From contig MU056277.1 of the NCBI GenBank assembly GCA_013239625.1, positions 1,466,076-1,530,075 of the forward strand: DNA of 64,000 nucleotides, written 5' to 3'. The notes beneath the pieces were generated by a model. The model saw only the letters and a list, made by a program, of their open reading frames with translations, was not told the DNA's origin and did not search any database. The first letter of the stretch is position 1. Each line of letters starts with the position of its first letter. A program made the translations under genes and the position numbers. This document shows, one piece after another, positions 38,531 through 49,306 of the stretch. Source of the stretch: Lama guanicoe (lineage: Eukaryota).

Positions 38531-38639
38531 GCAGGGACCTCTCGGGGTGGGGAGGGGAGGCTGGCTGTGCAGAGACCTCTCGGGTGGGGAGGGGAGGCTG
38601 GCTGCGCAGAGACCTCTCGGGTGGGGAGGGGAGGCTGGC
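38531..38639 (+). repeat. G-rich minisatellite, ~37-bp unit x3
   Basis: 'gacctctc' recurs at 38536, 38574 and 38611. Unit gcagagacctctcgggtggggaggggaggctggctg(c/t). Confidence 0.95.
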
Positions 38640-39520
38640 CTGTTCAGTTCCTCAGCTTGGCCCTCCCTTGGCACGGTGCCTCGGATGGGGCGTCTTGGCT
38701 GCTCTCGCTCATCTCCTGTCCCTCTCCCAGCAGGGTTCTGCTGTTACTTGTGGTTTGAAGCTCCTTGGCTTGTGGTGGTGGTGGGCGGGGGTGTGGCTCC
38801 TATGGTTCTGATTGAGGCTCGTTTCTGGGCGTCACCGTCTCCCAGGCCTCAGGGTGTCGGTTTCTCAGTTCCCCTGCCCCTGCCCTGCTCCAGTCCCGCA
38901 CTCAGAACTTAAATTTAAAACCCAGGAGTAGGGCCCCCACGCAGCCTCCGTCCACCTGCAGGGCGGGGCCGCCAGCGCGCCGCGGCCTGCGGAGCTGTTG
39001 CCTGTAACGGACGGCGGGGAGGCTCGGGTGGGGTCTCTGGCTGCTGTTCCTGCCCTGGATCTTCACCAGCGGGGCCACTTCTCAGGCTCTTTCCTGTTGT
39101 TTCCATGAGCACTTGGTGGGGCTAACAGGGAAAGGACCTGCCAGACTAGGTGGCCTCCCCGAGTCTCTGCAGCCGCAGGGCTCAGCCGTGCCCCGCGCCC
39201 AGCCACCCCCGCAGACTCTCACACCGGGGTGTCTTGTCGTGTCTGCTGGAGGTGGCCGCACGTGTGCCTCTCCCTCTCCCTCTCCCGGCCAGGACTGTGT
39301 AGGGGGAAACCTTAGGCCATTGTTTGCTCTGTGACCTCAGCTCCCTGAAGGTTTGAGCAAAGCTGTGGGTTTGAAGCAAGGCTCTTTATCACTGTACGAG
39401 TGGGGACAGCGTTCCTTCCAACTCGACACGTCCTGGGGTGGGAGCCACAAGTCTCCAGGGTCCTCCTTTTAGCAGCATGTGCAGGCGGGACCACAGGGCC
39501 CAGACCTGGGGCCCCGCGGT

Positions 39521-39645
39521 CCTGTGGCTCTCAGCCTTGGCGCCAGCTCAGCATCGGCGGAATGCACAGGGGTCAGGCCCAGGCTTCGGGGTTTTGTGAA
39601 GCGCCCCAGGTGGTGCCCATGTGCAGCCAGAGCCGGGAACCTGCG
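39521..39645. mobile_element. MER5B-like DNA transposon
   Basis: 'ctgtggctctcagccttggc...ggcccaggcttcggggttttgtgaagcgccccaggtggtgcccatgtgcagccagagccgggaacc'. Confidence 0.6.
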
Positions 39646-40929
39646 TCCAACCCTTCAAGAGCCTGTTGCTTGTCACCTGTGCTGGTCACACTGGGCCTCC
39701 CCGCCAAGAGAGCCCCTTCTGAACTGACGGTGGCCGCTCTGTGCTTATCCATGCAGAAGAGTGCGAACACCACCGGCCTCCTTGTCGCTTTTCCCAACAC
39801 TGTGCCTCAAAATTGACTCCAGGGGGATGAAACAGTCTTGATTTCTCTGTTTGGCTGGTGACGCTGACGCGGGCCTGCCGGCGGGGCTGCTAATTGGTAC
39901 CCGGTGTTAGTGTGCTTTCTAGAAACAGAAATAAAATCAATCTCATGTAATCGTCACAATTTGGGGATATGTGTATTTTTTCTTTACTTCCCAATTTCCC
40001 AATCCAACCTCCTGTTACAGTTTTTCTTCTTTTCATGCAGTTGCTGTTTGGCATTGAACTCTGTCACTGTCAAAAAAGCACTGTGTTTTGGCATTTGGTT
40101 CCCTCATTCCTTTCTTAAGAGCCAACTGCTTTACTTCATTATTGCCCCAGAGTTAGGTTCATTGAAACAGCTTGAACTAACTCTTGTCTCAGAAGAAGTG
40201 TGTTCCACTAAATACTGCGTGTTTCAGACGGTGCCACTCGACATTCCCTGTCTTCCTGCTGCAGCCTCCACTCCGCCCTAAGCGTTTGGATGTTCCAAAG
40301 CCAGCCAGCGGCGGGTGGGGCCTCACCTGTCCTCCCCTCTGCACATTTGACGAGGGTGAGGCCGTCTCGTGCTTCCTGTGGGCCGTCTCCGTGGTCTTGC
40401 ACAGTCTGATGGAATATGTGGAACCTCGGGATGTTCCAGGACAGTGCTTCTCATGCGCATGTGTGCCTCCGACCCCCGGGCGTCTGTTCCATCGCAGGGG
40501 GCAGGGGGTGGAGGTGGCCGGGGCCCGCGTTGCTGGCCGGCTTCCGGCGGGTGCTGGCCCTGCTGGCTCCTGGACCTCACGGGGAGCATCAGCCACAGGA
40601 ACCAAACAGAATGGTCAGAAGCACATTTCATCGGTTTCTAGGACCGTTTATCCTCTTGCTTTTCAAAAACCCCAGCGCAGATTGTAAGGTTCAGATTAGC
40701 ATTGTGCGATTTTCTTCCCTGACTGTATCCTGGAGATTCTCCTGTGGTTCCGGGAGGACAGGCCCAGAGCAGACATGCGGCGTCTATCACTTGAGAGGTC
40801 AGCGGGCTCTCAGGAGGGGAAGGAGGTGAGATGAGCTGGGGGGCAGGCGGAGGTCAGCCGTCAGCAGTAGCCTCCCCCCGGCCTTTCTTAGCTTCTCTTG
40901 CAACACAGACCCGTCCCTGGGCTGGCGTC

Positions 40930-41040
40930 TTCCACACACATGCGTGGAGAAACCAAGGATTCGTGTGACTCGCTTTATTCTGATTCTTGATTTACTTCGT
41001 GGTGTAGAACGGAACCCACAACATCTCCGAGGTGGGCCTG
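40930..41040 (+). mobile_element. Tigger1 3' terminal fragment
   Basis: 'gaaaccaaggattcgtgtgactcgctttatt...gtggtgtagaacggaacccacaacatctccgaggtgggcctg' matches the Tigger1 right end and TIR. Confidence 0.85.
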
Positions 41041-41084
41041 TCCCCGAAAGAGCAGGAGTGAGGTTGCAGACAGGTGTCAGGACT

Positions 41085-41533
41085 CACAGCGGCCAGAGGA
41101 CAGAAGCAAGCTGGGTGTCCATCAACAGATGAGCAGACAAAGGGTGGTGTGCCTGTACGTACGGTGGAACATCAGTCCGCCTTAGAAGCGAGTAGATTCC
41201 AGCAAGGCCGCGACATGGACGATCCTTGAAGAATCGATGCTCGGTGCAGCAAGCAGACACAGAAGGACGAATTCTGTCTGACTGCACTGATAGGAAGTAC
41301 CTGGCATGGCCAGACCCAGAGACAGAACGCAGAACCGAGGTGGTGACCGCGGCGGGGGCAGGAGACGGGAGTGAGTGAGTGAGCGGCACATGACCTGGGA
41401 CGGTGGAAAGTTCCGGGAGGACGGCAGGGGTGGCGGCAGAGCAACGGGAACGTACCCGGTGCTCCGGGGCCGCCCTCCTAGAGGGGTCACAGCGGTGCCT
41501 TTGTGTTACGTGTGTTTCCTACGATAAAAATAA
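41085..41533 (+). mobile_element. L1MB-like 3' end (ORF2 C-terminus plus 3' UTR)
   Basis: 'gtgtccatcaacagatga', 'acatggacgatccttgaaga', 'cagacacagaaggac' and 'tgttacgtgtgtttcctacgataaaaataa' are collinear with L1MB 3' ends. Confidence 0.85.
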
Positions 41534-42819
41534 CGAACCAGGAGAGCTGGTGGCTGTCAGGAGGACCGTCTCCAGGTGGAATGCCCCTCTCCTACTGCAC
41601 AGGCCTTTCCTGTGGGCGACTGTAATTCATCTTTTTTTTAAGGAAAACGCAGGATACAAAAGATACTAGGGTTATTTTGCTCAGATTCTGTTCTCAGATA
41701 CTCTAAGAGTTGTGTCAGATGTGGGTTGTTGCTCTGCGCATGGAAAATACAAGCTGTGATGGAATCTCGGGTTGGAAGGGACCGTAGGAGGTCACCATCT
41801 CCTGCCCGTGTGCAGATACCGTCTCACTTAAATTATCCAAGGTAGACGGCAATGTGTTCTTCTTATGAAAAGGCTCTTTTCATATCCCATTTCAATTTTA
41901 AGCATTTCACGGACATGGGAATATTCTTTACAGATAACCTCAAACAGTCTCTCTGTCCAGAAGAACATGCACAGAGGCCCACGTGGCAGCGCCCGTCTTG
42001 GGCACGGTGGGGCTCAGAGGTGGGCAGTGAGCAGTGAGGGAAGTCATGGCTCAGTCCGGGGAGGGGCTGGCGCGGCCTCGGTTGCGTCTACGCCTCACCC
42101 TGACCCCTGAACTAGGGGGGCGCCTGGCAGCCATCTTCCAGTCGGAGTATGGACAAAATATAGGGACCGAAGATGCCTCCCAGCGTCTCCTCCCCAGGCG
42201 TGCGGCCCCACTCCCGCTCTCGCCTCTGTCCGCGCATCGTTTTCCCGCTGCTGGATGTCCTCCTGACCCCCCTCCGCCAGCCCAAGCACTTCCCCACGAC
42301 CCTCCTGCTGTGCACCTTGCAAATGAGCACTGTAGTGTGGGAAGGCTCCGTGGAGTTCAGAAGCCATGGAATAAATGCACTGTTTTCTTCCCGCTGCCCC
42401 AGAGCACGCCTAGAATTTACCGAACTGACCGATTTCGTCTTCCCTTCCAGAAAGCCCCTCGTCCGCAGGAGAGATCAGATCTCGGTGTCACGGCGGGAGC
42501 AGTCTCTAGTCGGGGAGCGTCTCCGCTGAGAGGCATTGCGAGCACACTTGCAGTTTATCAACCGTAGCACCTCAAGTTCCTGACACGTTTCAGTTTGCCG
42601 TTTCCAAGGTTAACACCTGTCCGCATTGCATTATCTGGTCACTGATTGAAAGTATTTATCTGGGACGAGAACTGATCCTTTGGGGAACACGGCAGTTTAT
42701 CAGGTCAGTCTGTCCCTTTATTCATGGCGCCGTTGGTGACTCTTCCCTCTGGTCCGTGTATCAGTTTGCCTAGAAGGGGCCCCTTTGTGTCCTTCAGGGC
42801 AGACGGAGCAGGCGTTGCC

Positions 42820-42900
42820 CTGTAGCAAGGGAACTGGGGCTCAGGAGATCTTTTTCCCAGGTTAGCCAGGCTCAAACCCACGTCTTTGGGCTCCAAACAC
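42820..42900 (-). mobile_element. MIR fragment
   Basis: 'gggaactggggctcaggaga...cccaggtt...ctcaaacccacgtct..ctccaaa'. Confidence 0.55.
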
Positions 42901-43139
42901 ATCACGTCATTGTAGACCCAATATGAGCAAGAACTCCAAGTTTAAAACAGGGCGGGGGTGCGGGGTGGCATCCTGTGGGCCGGCAGGGGAAGGAAGCCCC
43001 GTGTTCCGCCCGGGACTCCTGAGTGTGGCGCCTGCCTCTCTCCGCCTCCTGCCCCTGCTGCTCTGCTGGCGCTGACCAGCGGAGGGAAGTCCAGGGCGCT
43101 GGGTGCTGACGCAGAGGCCGAGTGGCTGCCGCGATAGCG

Positions 43140-43360
43140 TGCGCCGTCGTTGACCCGTTTAATCTGTCGTTATCTGCCACGTTGCGGGTTGGCTGAGAGC
43201 AACCGCATTGCCAATCTATAAAGCTGGAGTTCCTCCCTGGGTGGTAATTGACCGGACTGGTGTTTCTATTGGCGGGTTTTTTAAAACCAGGGCAAAAATG
43301 GGTTGCGTCCAAGTACAGCGTTTGGTTGTGTTAATAAATGTGATCATCAGGTTTGGGTGA
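43140..43360. promoter_or_regulatory. Candidate CNE/enhancer
   Basis: Unique block with TTTAATC, TTATCT (GATA), CCAAT, GGTAATTGA and TTAATAAA. Confidence 0.4.
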
Positions 43361-46300
43361 ACGACCGCAGGCCTCCCCCGAGGGGCCTGGGAGCCCAGCT
43401 GCCGGGTGCCCGTGGCCGCAGGGAGCCCCAGGCCGCGGTCCCAGATGCAGGGCCTGTTGTGCAGGACTGTTTCAACTCTGCCCCTGGAGTTGTTTGTTCC
43501 AAAAGAGAGTTTTACATGAAGAGTCATGTGAGAAAGACACGCTGCTTCCCTACCCCGCCTCCCCTTCGTAAGTCATGCTGGAACTCGAGCACGGGGGGGG
43601 GGGAGGGGGGCAGGAACTCCCTCCGGTCACAGAGATCAGCCTTTCCAGGCTGGGTTGCTGGCTGACCAGTGTAAGCTTGTCCGGTTCTCAGTCACTGAAA
43701 CAAATTGGGGAGGGGAGACCCATCCTTGGAGAGGCCCATCTGGGGAGGAGGCCCAGGCCCTGCTCTGACCAGCTCCAGGGACGTTTGCTCAGCTCAGGGC
43801 TCCTTGACCTCCTGCATGGGGCTCAAACAGGTCGCCCACTCGAGCAGAGGCCCCGGCCGACTGGCACCAGAAGCAGCCAGACTCAGGCACGGCTCTGTCC
43901 CTGCCGCGCCAGAAAGCTGCTCTGGGGCAAGTCCTCCTGCCTCTTTCTTCCGCAGGCCTCCTCGCCACCCTGCCGGTTACCGTGAGGGCTCGAGACGGGC
44001 CCCCCGAAGCAGCGACCTCCCAGCACAGCCACACCAAGGCCAAGCGTGGTTATCCACGTGGCCACGTTTACTGTGATGTTCTTCCTCAGGCTTTGACTCT
44101 TGGAGGTCCCATTTAAAAGCAGAACACAGAGAAAGCGTGTGATGGCACTGGGTTACGTGGGAGGAGCGGGGGTCAGTTCTTTGCCCCGAGCTTGCGGGGT
44201 GGCTGAGTGACCCTGGGTGTGTAGACGTCCCCATCGGCTGAAGCCCAGTGCTGGGGCGGCAGCCCACGCAGGGACGGTGTCCTGTCCCTGGTCCTGTGAG
44301 GGCTGGGCTTAGGGCCTCTGTCACAAAACAACATATTTGGAGACACCATGTCAGCCCAGTAGCGTCTTCGATGCCGCGGACGGGGTTCCTTCCTCCGTCT
44401 GGGGGCCTGTGGGCTGCTCTGCGCAGAGGCCCCCGAGGCAGGATCTGTGGTGCTTCTCAGGAGGCCGGGGAATAAATTCAAGGGCTTCCCTCTGCCCTCG
44501 GGGCCTTAGAGCTGCTGTAACATCCACCTGACGCTCGGGTTGGCTTCAGATGCCACGGCCCCGTCTTCTCTGTCTGCAGGATCACCCGACAGAGTAAACA
44601 GGCGGAAAGTGCTTTGCAGCTTCCAGCTCGAGGCCCTTGCTGCGACGCACGCCTTCTCGGCGGTTGCTCTCCCGTCTCTATTTCTATGACTCCCATCACC
44701 ATGGAGTCTCGGGTCCCGGCAGGAACAGACTAAAAACAGCAGCTGGGGGCGGGGGGTGTGCCCTTCCTGACTTCCGCCCCGGGAGTTCTGTTCCTCAGGG
44801 AGCAAAGTGGGAGCAGGAGTGACTCCCTCCCTCCCTCCCAGGCCCCCACGGGGGCACCGACCTTCAGACCTCGGCACCGGGCCGGTTCTGCGCCTCGTCT
44901 TACCTCCAAGAGGCGGTGCTGGTCCAGGCGGCTGCAGCCACAGCCCCACTCGGGCCTGGGCGCCTGCGGCTCCCCACCTCCGCGTGCGAGGGAGGCCAAC
45001 CAGGCCAGGTGCTGTGCTGGGCCCGGGGACACGGGGAGTCACGCGCGGCCCTGTCCTCCGGGAGCGGGCAGGCTGGTCGAGGCAGAGTGGCCAGAGACGA
45101 GGGCAGTGGCCGCCGCCAGAACGTGCTGGGGCACCTGGGGGTCCCCGAGGCCGTGCGGGCGGAGTGACCCTTGGTACACACAGAAAGGCCTTTTCCATGG
45201 TGCGTGTGTGCGTTGGAATTCGGAGTTCAGCTCCCTCCTGTGGAAAGGGCCGTCTCTCAGCAGAACTGTCTCAGACGTGTCCTCATTTGTGAGCACGTCC
45301 TGAGCGCAGCTGGAGTTGATCCCGTGGTGAGTGGCCGGGAAGGCGGGTGCTTCAGCCGCGGTCTGATGGGCCCGACCGGGGAGCCACACCTGGGGCATCT
45401 CCAGGATGAGCCCGCAGCTGGTGGACGAACGGAACGCCATCATTTCAGAGCTAGGTGAACTGAAGGGGTCAAGGCGGAGACGCCCTGGGTCCCAGCCGCC
45501 CGTCCCCTGCGCTGCGGGCTCTGCTCCGAGGTCACGCCTGCAGGACCACCTGTACTGAGTGGCTGCCCCCTCACTCCTGCCACGCTCCCTGGGAGGGGTG
45601 TCCCCAAGTCCTCACTGGCCCTCAGAGGGTGGTGTGCTGGGCTGTGTGACCATTTACACTTTAAGACACGAGGGTTTATGAACTGGAGGAACCCGGCACC
45701 TAGAGACAGCATTTCCTTCCAGCCTCGAGGGGCTGAGGTCGCAGCTTTGTTTCCTGTTGCTCGTCGCGTGGCCGCCAGTCTCTCTCCCTCTCTGGAGAGT
45801 AGCTCCGGGCTAGGAGCACGGGGGAAGCCACAGCTTCCAGCCAGCGTTTCCTGGGGAGGGGTTTTGTTGAGTCCGGCCGTAGCAACCATCTGAAGAGACT
45901 TCCGGGGTGAGACTTGACCAGCTGAGCCGCGTCTGGAGGTCTCCTTGACCGGGACGGCTGAATGGCGTCCCCCCAGGTACACTGGAGTTCTAGCCCCCAG
46001 TGCCGTGAACAGGAGCTTAGCTGGAGGTGGGCCTGTGAGGATGCGAGGAGGGAGGGAGAGGCGTTGGGGTGGCCCTGCTCCAGCATGACGGGTGTCCGTG
46101 CCAAGAGGGGGCGTCTAAACAGAGACACGTGCAGGGAGACGGTGTGAAGACGGGCAGAAGACGGCCACCTGCCAGCCCAGGAGGGTCGGGGCCGCCAGTC
46201 CTGGGAGAGGGCCTGGCGGGTCCTCCCTCGCGGCCTCAGGGCTCAGCGCTGCTGACACCCCGGCCCCGGGCTCCAGACTCTGAGATGTACGTTCCTGTTA

Positions 46301-47499
46301 CTGAAAGCTGCCTGCACTTCCAGTGCAGCCCGGGGGACGGATTCGCCAGCCAGTAGGCCCTGTGGCTCCAGGGTCCTGGGAAGCCCTCACGGACCCTCAC
46401 CAGCCCGTCCCAGGAGTGTTTAGGGAAGAGTCTGGAGACGGAGGAAACCTCTGGCAGGAAGGACTGCGCTGCGCTGAGCGTGTGCCGCTGGCCTCTGGGG
46501 GCGGCGGCCCTGTTCCTGCGCGAGGCCCTGGGCGGCTTCGGGGGACTTGCCGGCGGTGAGGGCGCAGGCAGGCCCCGGGCCGTGCTGTCAGTGAAGACGG
46601 AGCCGGTGCCGGCCTCCGTCTTTGCGCTTATGGTCCTCCATTGGCTCGCATGCGTCCTCTGAAAGCCTGTCGTCAGATTTGGCCACTTTCTTCCTTCCGT
46701 TCTGGCTGTGAAAGTGCTCGCTCGCCTGGACCGCTTTCGGTTTCTTTGCTTGGAAAACCCGGACGACTAGAGTTAAATCACACCATATGCCAATGCACGC
46801 GCGTAGCCGGACAGAGATTTCACAGGCAACCTAAGTGCTCTTCCCCTCGGCAGACACGACCCTGGGCTGTGGGACAATAGGTTGTCTGCCCCCAAAGGTC
46901 CAGGAAGGGCGTGGAAGAGGAGCCACGGCCCCGGGGCCGCCGCTGCAGGGAGCGCGCAGCTGTCCTCCCGGCCCGGGAAGTGCCGCGGGCCTGCCCCCTG
47001 CCGTGCTCGTGCGGCGTGGCGCTGCCGAGTCTTCCATTCCCGCACGCGTGACCCTGGAGGACACACGTCCCGTGTCCTGGGGCGCCTTGTGGTCTCAGCA
47101 CGGTCCTGCGCTCGGGAGCCACTCCCAGGCAACAGCAGGCACCGGACGTAGAAACACCGCCCCCTGGATTAGATGGGACCCCCTCCCTCCCTGAGTGGAG
47201 GGGTGTGTGGTGGGGGGACACGTGGACCACGGAGCGGAGTTTTCACCGGGAGTGGACATCAGCCCAGCTCCTTTAACAAGGATGGTCTGATTGTACCATG
47301 TCTTGCACTGAGCAGACAGACAGTAACCAGGAGACGAACGTGTGCCCTGGGGGTGAGCCTCACGGCCTGGCGCTGCTCCGACACTCGGACAAGTGAGCGA
47401 GTGAGTGAAAGGGTGAGAGGAGACAACCGTGTTCTGGACCCAACGCCACGGCCTGTGTGGCCCGCCAGCACAGGCCCTCCTTCCGTCTGCTGTGCAACG

Positions 47500-47720
47500 T
47501 TTTATCTCTCGATCAATTTGTATTCCCCCAAGTCTCTATCTATCCTGCAATAAAACAGAAAAAGGGTTCACGTTCAAGCATCGCTGTGATTGTTCTGAAA
47601 TGCCATTCTGTCTCTGTTAAGATTTAATTATCTGTTGCAAATGCATCTGTGAGTTAGTGTTGCCCAACTCATCTTGGAATAGAAACGATCAAATATTTGG
47701 TCGCCAGAAGCCAAGTGGTG
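47500..47720. promoter_or_regulatory. Candidate CNE
   Basis: AT-rich island with 'gatttaattatctg', 'tgcaaatgca' and 'caataaaa'. Confidence 0.35.
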
Positions 47721-47884
47721 ATGGCTACACCAAACACACAGTTTTCTGCTGTGGCTCACGGCAAACAAAACAGACGGTGAATCAGAAGGGACGGGAGGGG
47801 ACATGCCAGCTGAGACACACAGTGACAACTGCTGTGGGTGACTGCAAGCACTTGGTGTGCGTGTCAGCCGCTCCGCCTGGTGGA

Positions 47885-47919
47885 ACGTGTGTACGCACGT
47901 GTGTGCACGTGCACACACG
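47885..47919. repeat. 35-bp alternating purine-pyrimidine tract containing a perfect 22-bp palindrome
   Basis: acgtgtgtacgcacgtgtgtgcacgtgcacacacg. Segment 47898-47919 (cgtgtgtgcacgtgcacacacg) equals its own reverse complement. Confidence 0.95.
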
Positions 47920-49170
47920 GTCTGGCACCTGAAATCTGACTTCAGTGTCACTGTCCCCTGGAGCTGTGTTCCCGCACAGTCAGGCTTCCCAAACCCAATT
48001 GAACTTGTCTCCCTTTTGAGGAAATATTTGACTTTCTCCCCAGCTGTTCAGCACGTCTCTTTTGAAGTGATGTTCTGAATACCGAGGCTCTGCTTAATCT
48101 GGAAGTTTCACTGTTCACGCCAAGCTTGCTGCCTTTTCCAGAGTAACGCAGGTTTAGGGCGCTGTGTGGGCCCCCGCCTCCCTCCTCTCTGACTTCCTTG
48201 CGTCTCGTTAGGGTAACGTTTCTCCCGTTGCGGGGGTGACATCCTGCCAGAGTTGTTCCACCTCCAAACACGTTTTTTCCGTATCCACATGTCAGTCAGC
48301 AGCTCGTCTGAAGCTAGAAAATGACAGTCAGGAGAATTGAATCGTTAACTGTCTCAACTCCAGACTCTAGTCGTCCTAGGGTCAGGGTGACTGCGGAACA
48401 AGTGACGGCACTTTTGGAGCTGGGACACGTCGCAGCGGCTGGTCCCCGCGGCGTCCCCGTGCGCTCCTCTTCAGGGCTCAGAACACAGGCCGACAAAGTT
48501 GTTCCTCTTGAGTGAGTTGGAAGCCATGTTTTTGTGCCACAGGCCTTGCAAACCTCACCGTCAGCTTTACTTTTTTAAACTCTTGTTAACTGTCCTGCTG
48601 AACAGCCCCGTTTCTCTGGCCCGCGGCCCCGAGCGGACAGTCTGCTGCATGTGTGGGAGCGAGACGGGGGGGGGTGCTGGAGGGGGTGCTTCATCGGCTG
48701 GCGGGTTCGGCGGGCATCCATCAGCCGGTTTCTTTTAGTTTTTGGCGGCTCCAGGCTGCAAGGACTGTCACGTTAACCTGCTCATAGAAAGTTCCTAGAA
48801 GGCAGGGTTCCGACGCCAGGCTTGGCATCTTGGAGCATCCTAGGGTGACGCCGTTCACAAGGAGACAGGCGACAAGTGCAGTGGGCAGGTGGTGCTCCAG
48901 TCAGGGCTCCGCAGGGCATGGCGATGGAGGGCGTGAGGTCTGCGAGGCCCGCGCCCCACGTGAGCGGGGTCTCTCTGCGGGTCCGGGAGCAGGGATGACG
49001 ACGGCCCAGCAGGACGGGGCCGCACTGCTGGGCTTGCTGGGGGCCGAGCTCTGTGTCAGGAAGTCAGGGGCTGTGGGTTCCACAGGCTGTGGGACAGACA
49101 GGAGCCGACGCACAGATGCGGGGCCGCACCGGGTGCAGGTGGTGGGTTTCGGGGGGAGGGAACGTGGCCT

Positions 49171-49306
49171 GCCCCAGGAAGAGTGCTGACCCGAGGGTCG
49201 CCGTGGACAGGAGGCCCCAGGAAGAGTGCTGACCCGAGGGTCGCCGTGGACAGGAGGCCCCAGGAAGAGTGCTGACCCGAGGGTCGCCGTGGACAGAAGG
49301 CTCCAG
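49171..49306 (+). repeat. Minisatellite, 43-bp unit x3 plus partial copy
   Basis: gccccaggaagagtgctgacccgagggtcgccgtggacaggag starts at 49171, 49214 and 49257. Copies are essentially identical. Confidence 0.97.

Larger units (their letters stand above)
36290..39350 (-). mobile_element. Continuation of the same L1 (RT domain, ORF1 and 5' region)
   Basis: Translations 'KTLNKIQRPFTI' (cf. KAFDKIQHPFMI) and 'NFLHLTEATFAHPITA..EALNASPSLGT' (cf. NFLNLIKGIYEKPTANI..EKLNAFPLRSGT). ORF1-like antisense sequence at 37500-38300. The 5' boundary is uncertain. Confidence 0.75.

Noticed and set aside
45400-45470. Protein-like stretch MSPQLVDERNAIISELGELK
   Set aside because: Short, with no convincing acceptor polypyrimidine tract and no recognised homology.
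49171-49306. CRISPR-like direct repeats with an internal palindrome
   Set aside because: Copies are directly adjacent with no unique spacers, there are no cas genes, and the context is mammalian.
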